Virus record (IMG/VR): IMGVR_UViG_3300047545_000482
Coordinates: 1-26,176 of that record
Length of the DNA stretch: 26,176 nt
Strand: one strand, 5' to 3'
Origin: a virus
Taxonomy: Duplodnaviria > Caudoviricetes
The position numbers were made by a program, and so were the translations under genes. Shown piece after piece: positions 1-6,399 of the stretch. Below the pieces are notes generated by a model. That model worked only from the letters and a program-made list of their open reading frames with translations. It ran no database searches and had not been told where the DNA came from. How positions within the stretch are numbered: the first letter of the stretch is position 1; each line of letters starts with the position of its first letter.

Positions 1-2
1 AT

Positions 3-353
3 TTAATCGGGATATATAGTCCAAAAGGCATTTCGCGCCAATAGCGATACCGATATACTGGGGCGTCCGACGCCATTGACCACATTTGAATAGTAAGCCT
101 CCACATAATACGTGCGTTTGATTGCCGGAACAACTACCTTGAAATATCTACTCGATGGTTTAACGATATTGAAGGGACCGACTGGCGGATCTACCTTCTC
201 CACATGAGCCGAACCAAGAGACTTAGATATAATGGCTAAGTGGTTAGGTTCTTGAGGTTCACTTGGCCAAGCGGTGATACAAATCGCAACGACGACCGCT
301 ATAGGTATCACGATAAGCCACCCGCGCCCTAAATCTGGCATCCAATTATTCAT
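3..353 (-). CDS. hypothetical membrane-anchored protein
   Basis: 116-aa ORF with an N-terminal hydrophobic stretch (WLIVIPIAVVVAICITAW); ATGA overlap with the upstream gene. Confidence 0.7.
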   Translation of the reverse strand: MNNWMPDLGRGWLIVIPIAVVVAICITAWPSEPQEPNHLAIISKSLGSAHVEKVDPPVGPFNIVKPSSRYFKVVVPAIKRTYYVEAYYSNVVNGVGRPSISVSLLARNAFWTIYPD

Positions 354-535
354 AAATGCTTCTCCTCCAAAACCGTGCGCAAAAAATCAATTTCCTCTCG
401 CACGGCCTGTTTATACCCATCGAGCGCGGATTGGGGCTTCTCCGTCGCGGCTTCTGACGGAATGGGGCCAAGAAACGAGAGTTGCTTAGTTAGACGACTC
501 TGTAACATGCGCAGGAGTAAAGGGTGTTTAATCAT
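350..535 (-). CDS. hypothetical protein
   Basis: 61 aa; fills the gap in a tightly packed minus-strand run; its stop overlaps the next ATG. Confidence 0.6.
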   Translation of the reverse strand: MIKHPLLLRMLQSRLTKQLSFLGPIPSEAATEKPQSALDGYKQAVREEIDFLRTVLEEKHL

Positions 536-542
536 AATCGCC

Positions 543-815
543 TTAATTTGAAAATCCTACATCCGTATGCATTGTCGCCGCCCATGATACTAGGGCCACC
601 TGCGCCAATCCATATCGAATAGTTACATTTACTTGAATGGATTTTTCAGACGTATAGACACTGGCGTCCGCGCCATACTTTTCCCTATCTTTATTCGCTG
701 CGTCTAAATAGCGTGAGAAAGCAATTTTGGCAGAAGAAGCGTTCGCGTAGATAAAATCATGATGCTTTCCGTCTATATAGACCAAACGAATATATGAATA
801 GGTCACGATTTCCAT
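543..815 (-). CDS. hypothetical protein
   Basis: ORF 543..860; start moved to ATG 815 (MEIVTYSY) to minimise overlap with the upstream gene. Confidence 0.6.
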   Translation of the reverse strand: MEIVTYSYIRLVYIDGKHHDFIYANASSAKIAFSRYLDAANKDREKYGADASVYTSEKSIQVNVTIRYGLAQVALVSWAATMHTDVGFSN

Positions 816-1273
816 CCCTCCGCGCGTTGACTCATCAAAAACTCTCTCACAATCTCCCACTCGCGATTTCGGTAGCCAGATTCCACGTAAATTCGAGGCT
901 CGCGCAGGTTATGTCCATTTACGGCGATATAGTCTTTGGCCCCTTGTTCAGTAAAGAACGGCATCTGATGATGATAGACGTCCTGATAGTAGACCTTAGT
1001 ATAATCACATCTATCTCGTGGCAGGGACCGGCCAAACTCATCCGCGTCATCCGGGTGAAAAAAACCCCAGTTCCCTTTCTCTTCCGCCTCATCAAGGCGT
1101 TTGCCTACTTCATCATCGACTCGTTCCCAGTCGCGGTTAACCCAGTAATAGGGATCGCCATTGTCTGGGTCGCCGCGCTCGCGCACCTTAACTTGTACCA
1201 TGAAGATCGGCAAATGAGTCATGCGACCATCTTGCGTATGCAAGTTCTCTGCAATAGTGGCTATATCATTCAT
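803..1273 (-). CDS. phage Ead/Ea22-like protein
   Basis: Motifs HTQDGRMTHLPIFMVQ and FFTEQGAKDYIAVNGHNLREPRIYVESGYRNREW resemble the conserved domain of this phage family (recognised from memory). Confidence 0.65.
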   Translation of the reverse strand: MNDIATIAENLHTQDGRMTHLPIFMVQVKVRERGDPDNGDPYYWVNRDWERVDDEVGKRLDEAEEKGNWGFFHPDDADEFGRSLPRDRCDYTKVYYQDVYHHQMPFFTEQGAKDYIAVNGHNLREPRIYVESGYRNREWEIVREFLMSQRAEGWKS

Positions 1274-1291
1274 GATTTTTAGTATGTCTCT

Positions 1292-1320
1292 AAGTTATAC
1301 CGCCTGCTCATCATTGTCAA
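1292..1320 (-). promoter_or_regulatory. sigma70-type promoter
   Basis: TTGACA-17 nt-TAACTT, 18 nt upstream of ATG 1273. Confidence 0.45.
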
Positions 1321-1630
1321 CCACAATCTCTCTAAGCCTCTCTTCTAATTCTTCCGCCCGCTCGCGCCAAGAGATGTCTCCTTCTTTGCTATACAGACTA
1401 GCTCGATACAATCTCTCGTTTTCTTGATGATAGAGTAAATGACTGTCGAGCAACCACTTAACGTCTTGCTGAACTTGTTCAAGAGTCGCGTCTTCGGATA
1501 CCGACGACCATGCGCGCAGCCGTTCGGTCACGGCCAATAACTTAAGCGGCTCAAAATCATCGGCGCGGCGCAGGGGCTTTGGATAGCCGTGATACGGATT
1601 ATCGAGAATGTACTTAGCTAAGGGATTCAT
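1295..1630 (-). CDS. hypothetical protein
   Basis: Start at ATG 1630 (MNPLAK) gives an ATGA overlap with the upstream stop. Confidence 0.65.
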   Translation of the reverse strand: MNPLAKYILDNPYHGYPKPLRRADDFEPLKLLAVTERLRAWSSVSEDATLEQVQQDVKWLLDSHLLYHQENERLYRASLYSKEGDISWRERAEELEERLREIVVDNDEQAV

Positions 1631-1932
1631 TTTGACTCTACCTTCTCCTCCCACTCATATTCTCTCTTCAACTTAACCGTAAGCCTGCTCAATGATTCCG
1701 ACCAAGCATTTGCGTAGCTCCAACCTTCGGTCCATCGCCACCAGTTGCGGCAACGAGACCAACGGTAAAGAATGTAGGTGGGCTTAGACCAGCCTTTATC
1801 CATAGTTGCAGCAATCAGATGGCGATCATCTTCGAAAGCCACTCGATTAAGGCTTCCGCTAAGAAATTCTTCGTAGGGGACAGAGCCGCGCTTAGGAGCG
1901 GCGGGAAGGGATAGGAATTGGTCTAGTGTCAT
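1627..1932 (-). CDS. hypothetical Trp-rich protein
   Basis: Probable start ATG 1932 (MTLDQF), just after the upstream stop at 1950. Confidence 0.6.
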   Translation of the reverse strand: MTLDQFLSLPAAPKRGSVPYEEFLSGSLNRVAFEDDRHLIAATMDKGWSKPTYILYRWSRCRNWWRWTEGWSYANAWSESLSRLTVKLKREYEWEEKVESK

Positions 1933-1949
1933 AAAATAGCTTAGATAAG

Positions 1950-2465
1950 TTAACTCCACATCAATCGACGATTCGCTACTACCCACGCGAGGTACTTGTC
2001 CTCCTTCTCGTCGAAGAGCCCCTGAAGGCGGTCGACCTCTCCATAACTCTGTGTATATGAAGCTCTTGTAACAGTCGTGAAATCGAGGTCTTTAATCGGT
2101 GGATACGCCGCGTCAATCTCTTTGAGCGCAATTGCTCTGTCGGTCCTTGCCCAAAGGTATACCTCTTTAAGCATACTTGCTTCCTTTCGCGCTGGATGTT
2201 CGTGGCCTTGATGTTCCCACGTCTCCAACCCCTTTTCCCGTTCGACGTAACTGATTACGGCGGCATACAACACGTTCTCAATACAGGTATCAATATCTAC
2301 CCATGTGCGGGGAATTGCGGCGCGCAGTTCGGAGTGCTTTGGCCAGAAAACGGGCTTGACGTGGTCATACCACAGATAGTAGACCCAAGTAAAGCGCAGA
2401 CGGTCGCGCAGCCAATAGGAAAGGCCGAAGGTGCGAATGTCGTTGATATGATCTCGTGAACTCAT
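1950..2465 (-). CDS. hypothetical phage protein
   Basis: 171-aa ORF; 4-nt spacer after the upstream stop. Confidence 0.75.
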   Translation of the reverse strand: MSSRDHINDIRTFGLSYWLRDRLRFTWVYYLWYDHVKPVFWPKHSELRAAIPRTWVDIDTCIENVLYAAVISYVEREKGLETWEHQGHEHPARKEASMLKEVYLWARTDRAIALKEIDAAYPPIKDLDFTTVTRASYTQSYGEVDRLQGLFDEKEDKYLAWVVANRRLMWS

Positions 2466-2469
2466 GGGT

Positions 2470-2646
2470 TTAACTCCTCCACCGATAATGCGGCCCCATA
2501 GCGTCTCGCCTATCTAGTTCCTCCATACGCGCATCATATTTAGCTCGCGACTCTTCAAGACGCAGGTCTTCGGCCTCGTTGAGTTCGTAATCAGAGTCGG
2601 ATTCAATAAGATTGATGGGCTTAGGAATGTCGGGGTCTTGGTTCAT
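2470..2646 (-). CDS. small acidic hypothetical protein, probably leaderless
   Basis: ATG 2646 lies 6 nt downstream of a -10 box; the TTG start in the track falls in the promoter region. Confidence 0.6.
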   Translation of the reverse strand: MNQDPDIPKPINLIESDSDYELNEAEDLRLEESRAKYDARMEELDRRDAMGPHYRWRS

Positions 2647-2652
2647 AAAAGA

Positions 2653-2681
2653 ATAATGGAATAAATGACCTTCTTTGTCAA
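2653..2681 (-). promoter_or_regulatory. sigma70-type promoter (leaderless geometry)
   Basis: TTGACA(2681-2676)-17 nt-CATTAT(2658-2653)-6 nt-ATG. Confidence 0.6.
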
Positions 2682-2691
2682 ACAATTTATT

Positions 2692-3006
2692 CTATTGGGG
2701 CAAGTAATTTGCTAGCACCGCCGCGACCTTTTGACCGGCTAATGTGGGAGATACGGAAAGACCGTGCGGCAATTCATGGATTGAGAACTGCGAGCGAGTG
2801 CCGTCGCGCATACGAATAATGATCGTGGCGTAGGCAGATGTGCGAGGAATAGAAATCTTTGGCACCGTATAGCCCTCGACGTAAACGTCCTTTCGTGCGG
2901 CAATCTTTTCAAGCCTCCTCTGTTGGTCTAACTTTCTATTTTTGGAACGCCACCGATTGTAACTCTGCCACTTGCGGGCAGTTGGAGAAGTTAGTGATTT
3001 TTGCAT
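2692..3006 (-). CDS. hypothetical basic protein
   Basis: 104-aa ORF, Arg/Lys-rich N-terminus. Confidence 0.7.
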   Translation of the reverse strand: MQKSLTSPTARKWQSYNRWRSKNRKLDQQRRLEKIAARKDVYVEGYTVPKISIPRTSAYATIIIRMRDGTRSQFSIHELPHGLSVSPTLAGQKVAAVLANYLPQ

Positions 3007-3024
3007 GATGGGTTAATGTCTTTG

Positions 3025-3276
3025 TTAGGCCAAGTGGTCGCCAGAGAGGACGAGGGTCATGCGGGTTTTCACCTGTCCGTTTGCCAGCGTTGCCGTCCCG
3101 CCGTCGTCATCTGAGATTTCGATCACGCGCAGGTCCGCCGTCTCGACGGGCAGAATTACGCAGCCGTCAGATTCGAGCGGGTGCTTGTAGGTGTCTTTGC
3201 TGATGCAGACCGAGCGACGGCCTGCGCCTTTGGCGATGAGTTCGCCAGTGATTTTGTGGAGTTGTTTGATTGTCAT
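3025..3276 (-). CDS. hypothetical protein in cassette 1
   Basis: MTIKQLHK...; stop TAA lies in the core site (GCC TAA C); alternative in-frame ATG at 3321 inside attC1. Confidence 0.7.
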   Translation of the reverse strand: MTIKQLHKITGELIAKGAGRRSVCISKDTYKHPLESDGCVILPVETADLRVIEISDDDGGTATLANGQVKTRMTLVLSGDHLA

Positions 3277-3287
3277 GTGAAATTCGG

Positions 3288-3401
3288 GCCTAACCAAGCG
3301 GCCACAGCGAACGCTCACCATCCGTCCTTTTTCGTTCGTCTGTTCTCCGCTCGGTCATGGTTGGTTATTCGGGTGAGCGCCGCTGATCCGCGATGTTCTG
3401 C
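3288..3401 (+). repeat. attC-like recombination site 1 (114 bp)
   Basis: AAC CAA GCGG CCA CAGCG AA CGCTCACC ... GGTGAGCG C CGCTG AT CCGC GAT GTT: paired blocks separated by asymmetric unpaired bases. Confidence 0.8.
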
Positions 3402-3829
3402 AAAAGATCAGCCACCGCATCGCGGGGCGTTTTCCCGAAGCCCGCGACCGACTCTTGGAGGTTTACGAAGCCGTCGAGTGTCGCGCACCATGCGTCTCCG
3501 TCACGGAATACGTTCACCTGCGTTTCCCACCAGTCGGGAGCCGGTCCCGCGCTGCACGCGAATTGGTTGGCGCTGTGGCAGCAGTAGTCGTCATGGCACG
3601 TCCAACCGCAGCCGTAGGTCGATGTCGGAGTGCCGCAGTTAGGGCACGGTCCGCGCATCCAGTGGCTCGGCGCATGATTCCACGAGTCGAAGCGGATGGG
3701 TGTTCCGTAGCTCCATTGGTGCTTGCCGGTGTCGTAGGTTTTACGCGGAACACGGAGCAGAACCAAGTGCCCAGAGCCAACAGGCGCGGGCGTCACGTTT
3801 TCGGTCGGTTGATTTGCATTCATGGTCAT
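3365..3829 (-). CDS. Cys/His-rich hypothetical protein (possible Zn-binding) in cassette 2
   Basis: CPNCG...CGWTCHDDYCCH; starts inside attC2 and stops inside attC1. Confidence 0.7.
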   Translation of the reverse strand: MTMNANQPTENVTPAPVGSGHLVLLRVPRKTYDTGKHQWSYGTPIRFDSWNHAPSHWMRGPCPNCGTPTSTYGCGWTCHDDYCCHSANQFACSAGPAPDWWETQVNVFRDGDAWCATLDGFVNLQESVAGFGKTPRDAVADLLQNIADQRRSPE

Positions 3830-3871
3830 AGAGTTTTCTGCCGCGCCTGCGGCTCATGCACGACGTTCTCT
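3757..3871 (+). repeat. attC-like recombination site 2 (115 bp)
   Basis: AAC CAA GTGC CCA GAGCC AA CAGGCGCGG ... CCGCGCCTG C GGCTC AT GCAC GAC GTT: same architecture as attC1 with compensatory substitutions. Confidence 0.8.
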
Positions 3872-4140
3872 TCCGGCTGTCGCTGAATCGGGATTCCCGC
3901 GCGTTGGCGGAGTTCATCAGCGCAGAGTAGATAGGTCGCTGAGCGCACAGAGTTGGCTAGTGCCAGATCATCGTCACCGGCCCTACGCGCTTCGATATTG
4001 CGCTGGTTGCATTTTAGCGAGCGCGTGAGCCATTCCTGCGCCAATGCTTCCGCCTCAACGACCGGAAGAGAACAAGTCGCCCCAGCATCAACGACCTTAG
4101 TGGGGCCGCGAGATTCGGGCGGGCTGAGTTCGCTCGACAT
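3826..4140 (-). CDS. hypothetical protein in cassette 3
   Basis: Start ATG 4140 (MSSELSPP) or 4197, both inside attC3; its TGA overlaps the ATG of the next gene in the attC2 loop. Confidence 0.65.
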   Translation of the reverse strand: MSSELSPPESRGPTKVVDAGATCSLPVVEAEALAQEWLTRSLKCNQRNIEARRAGDDDLALANSVRSATYLLCADELRQRAGIPIQRQPEENVVHEPQARQKTL

Positions 4141-4254
4141 TGGATGAATCGTGATGGTGGCTTGGGTGCTGGAGGTTTGTGGCGTGTCAAAGTGCATTGG
4201 ATTTTCGAGGGTTAAAGTTTCACGTTCTGGTCGTGGCTGATCTCCACGTTAGCC
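4067..4254 (+). repeat. attC-like recombination site 3 (188 bp, degenerate or hybrid)
   Basis: AGAGAAC...CAGC ATC AA CGACC ... GGTCG T GGCTG ATCTCCAC GTTAGCC; weaker pairing and a long central region. Confidence 0.55.
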
Positions 4255-4440
4255 AAGAGCGTCCTCGGCGCGACGGCGCGCGTCTGTGTCTCCGGACGCG
4301 ATGATTTCCAGTGCCGCGCGCATCCGTGCGTTTTCGCGTTCAATTTCGCGCGCGTGAATCTCAAGCGCGGAGTATTCCGATGTGACCGCGTGGTCGGGGC
4401 GTATCGTGATCGCGTCAGTTCTGGGTGTGTCGGTATTCAT
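4249..4440 (-). CDS. small phage protein (TPRTDA-motif, coiled-coil-like)
   Basis: MNTDTPRTDA...HAREIERENARMRAALEIIA; stop TAA lies in the GTTAGCC core. Confidence 0.75.
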   Translation of the reverse strand: MNTDTPRTDAITIRPDHAVTSEYSALEIHAREIERENARMRAALEIIASGDTDARRRAEDALG

Positions 4441-4465
4441 AAGAGTAGGCGTTCATCTAAGTAAG

Positions 4466-4494
4466 AGAGTCTACTTAATGTCCTCTTTTGTCAA
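4466..4494 (-). promoter_or_regulatory. probable promoter facing the cassette array
   Basis: TCTTGACAAAAGAGG is identical to the promoter at 14496-14510; -10 ambiguous (TAGACT at 15-nt or GACTCT at 17-nt spacing). Confidence 0.5.
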
Positions 4495-4609
4495 GACTAA
4501 ATCTAAAAAATTTCCCTAGCTACCGACGTCTCGGTCATTCACGCGTTATTTCGCGATAAAACCGTAATAGGAAAAGCTCCTAACAGAGGAACTTCTTGGA
4601 TAAGATTGT

Positions 4610-4647
4610 AAAAAATGTGCTCTCGTTTTAGCATAGTTATCGAGAGC
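4610..4647 (-). terminator. possible intrinsic terminator downstream of the tmRNA
   Basis: GCTCTCG/CGAGAGC stem with a 15-nt loop, followed by ACATTTTTT. Confidence 0.4.
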
Positions 4648-4705
4648 GGGGCTACGAATTAACGAAGAGAATCAAAAGAACTCCGCCATGCGGCCCCAAG
4701 TAAAG

Positions 4706-5102
4706 TGGTGGAGGGCGAGAAGGGTTTCACTCCTCGTGTTTGAATCTTATCCTATCGCCTTCTCCACGCTCAGATAATAATTCGTCTATTTCTCCAACCG
4801 CCCCAAATTATTTCAATAAAGCGGTTGCCCGACTCGTCTGCTATCCGGCTCAAATTACGAGTATGTTGAACCATTGCCCCTATTGGTTGATGAGGCTAGT
4901 GACTCAGCCCCATGCAGTCGCGGTTAGGCGAAAGCAAGACCCATCGCGGGCTCAGGAAGCGCGAACGCCGCCCGGACTTTAGCAATGAGGTTTTTGATAT
5001 ACGATTTAGCGTTTATCGATTACCCGATGGATTATAGCGAGATCAGGTGCTCGCTGCGTGCTAACGATAGGGGATCGACTCAAGTCGAAAATGCTGCCCC
5101 CC
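4706..5102 (-). ncRNA. ssrA: tmRNA (transfer-messenger RNA), 397 nt
   Basis: 5' GGGGGGC pairs with 3' GCCCUCC-ACCA including G3.U70; UUCGAC near the 5' end; helix 2 pairs TTGAGTC/GATTCAA, CCTATCG/CGATAGG, CACGC/GCGTG; PK1-like AGCGAG/CTCGCT and CCTGAT/ATCGGG; ATAAAC-GCT resume context; tag ORF ending LAFA*. Confidence 0.93.
4924..5010 (-). other. tmRNA tag reading frame AKSYIKNLIAKVRAAFALPEPAMGLAFA*
   Basis: Translated by hand from resume codon GCT (5010) to TAA (4924): 28 codons plus stop. Confidence 0.85.
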
Positions 5103-5128
5103 GATGATGTAAAAGAACAAAAAAAGAG

Positions 5129-5283
5129 TCTCCAATTGCGCGGAATCTCGTCCGCGCTCAAAGACCTGCTATCGCCGGGTCAAACGATTTCCCGTTATTT
5201 CGGTCGGCACTTGGCCGCTTACTAAGGGATCGGGAACAAACGAACGCATTGAAATGGGTCCGCGTATTAAGTGTAACTGGAGA
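5129..5283 (-). ncRNA. candidate structured RNA upstream of the tmRNA
   Basis: 9-bp closing stem TCTCCAGTT/AATTGGAGA enclosing several hairpins, followed by a U-rich tract. Confidence 0.45.
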
Positions 5284-5320
5284 AAAGAACGTGAGGATTG
5301 CCTCAACTAAAGATACACCG

Positions 5321-5349
5321 ATATTAAGCAGATTGAACGGTCGTGTCAA
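5321..5349 (-). promoter_or_regulatory. sigma70-type promoter for the non-coding RNA region
   Basis: TTGACA(5349-5344)-17 nt-TAATAT(5326-5321); no ATG at the usual distance. Confidence 0.65.
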
Positions 5350-5551
5350 TCTTTTTCATTGCCTCATTCAAGCGATATTGGTCAAGAATCGCGGGAATAA
5401 GAGCTTGCCAGCGCGGAATCGCGTCAATCGGACCATTGAGTCCGGGCATAGGCTTAGCGAGTTTAAGCTGTTCTTCGGCATCGAGGCCCTTGAGGAGGCA
5501 GTAATGGCGAGCGGCGGCTTCGAGTTGAGAGGCTGAGGGATTATTTTGCAT
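5324..5551 (-). CDS. hypothetical protein
   Basis: 75-aa ORF in the minus-strand run. Confidence 0.65.
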   Translation of the reverse strand: MQNNPSASQLEAAARHYCLLKGLDAEEQLKLAKPMPGLNGPIDAIPRWQALIPAILDQYRLNEAMKKIDTTVQSA

Positions 5552-5580
5552 AATATTGTAGAATTGTTGACAAAAATGCG

Positions 5581-5850
5581 TTAGAGCCCCTTACGCAACA
5601 CGTAGTACTTGAACACTTTAGGCAGTGCTGCCCAAGCAGCCTGAGTTTTTGCGCGAAAAGATACGGGCTTGCGCCAATTGGCGTCAAGGCGGCGCGGATA
5701 ATGGCGACCTACCCACGGAACAGGACGCCATGACTTAATCATAGTGGACATATCAATATGGTAATATTGAGTTAGCCAGTCGGAAAACTCGCCGACCTGC
5801 ATTTCTTCCCAGTCTGGGGAGCCGACGGTATTTGGATGAAGGGAGAGCAT
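5581..5850 (-). CDS. hypothetical protein
   Basis: Probable start ATG 5850 (MLSLHP); the upstream part of the track ORF is a promoter. Confidence 0.6.
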   Translation of the reverse strand: MLSLHPNTVGSPDWEEMQVGEFSDWLTQYYHIDMSTMIKSWRPVPWVGRHYPRRLDANWRKPVSFRAKTQAAWAALPKVFKYYVLRKGL

Positions 5851-5866
5851 AATGATGTTATTGGTT

Positions 5867-5895
5867 ATAATAGATAGATTGGGGTCGGTTGTCAA
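5867..5895 (-). promoter_or_regulatory. sigma70-type promoter
   Basis: TTGACA-17 nt-TATTAT. Confidence 0.65.
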
Positions 5896-6176
5896 CAAAA
5901 ATCATCATCAAACCGATAGGAGCAGGAATCAGTCACTTTAACCATCTTTGCCGCCATATCAGGGTGCATGTAAATCTCATTAGTATTCTTATTGAACAAT
6001 GCCTTGGTCATGGGTCTCCAATTTTCAGTTCTCTTAGCCCACTTGCGCCGGATTCTGCGCTTTTTTGATTTCGGGAATCTAAATTGCTCGACCATGATTT
6101 TGGACGGGCGAATGACCGGCGCGGGCGGGAATTGGTCAGCGAGATTTAGGAGGTCGTTGTAAGAGAAATTACTCAT
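5892..6176 (-). CDS. basic phage hypothetical protein
   Basis: QFRFPKSKKRRIRRKWAK motif; TAATG overlap with the upstream gene. Confidence 0.7.
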   Translation of the reverse strand: MSNFSYNDLLNLADQFPPAPVIRPSKIMVEQFRFPKSKKRRIRRKWAKRTENWRPMTKALFNKNTNEIYMHPDMAAKMVKVTDSCSYRFDDDFC

Positions 6177-6385
6177 TAAGAAATTGGCTCAATCGGGCGG
6201 TTATCGCCCCTCTTTGCGGCCTCTATATCATACATTTCGCTCCTATAAGCGTATCGCCTATCGCACAGGCTCATAAGTTGCCAATAGCGACCGTAATTAG
6301 ATTCCATATAGCGAGATACCTTAGCGGCAGCTTCGATGACGTCGGCAGGGATGGAGATATTGGGATTTAGAGGGGGAGGGGTCAT
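6176..6385 (-). CDS. hypothetical protein
   Basis: 69-aa ORF, translationally coupled to the next gene. Confidence 0.65.
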   Translation of the reverse strand: MTPPPLNPNISIPADVIEAAAKVSRYMESNYGRYWQLMSLCDRRYAYRSEMYDIEAAKRGDNRPIEPIS

Positions 6386-6399
6386 GCCAGTGCTTAGGA

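Larger units (their letters stand above)
3024..4254 (+). mobile_element. integron-like gene cassette array (3 cassettes, no integrase in window)
   Basis: Each unit starts with a GTT core that is the exact reverse complement of its own downstream inverse core: GTTAGGCC 3024/GGCCTAAC 3287; GTTCTGC 3395/GCAGAAC 3757; GTTCTCTTCCGG 3865/CCGGAAGAGAAC 4062. Three AAC...GTT imperfect inverted repeats; visibly higher GC than the flanks. Confidence 0.8.

Noticed and set aside
3935-3958. GTCGCTGAGCGCACAGAGTTGGCT resembles an attC right arm
   Set aside because: No matching left arm or inverse core found, spacing differs from attC1/attC2, and it lies mid-ORF
4706-4766. Possible tRNA-Sec/Trp (TTCAA loop-like sequence and CCA end)
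   Set aside because: No D-arm or anticodon stem; it is the 3' end of the tmRNA, and GATTCAA pairs with TTGAGTC near the 5' end
5158-5349. 63-aa minus-strand ORF
   Set aside because: Its TTG start is the -35 box of a promoter and the region is better explained as structured RNA
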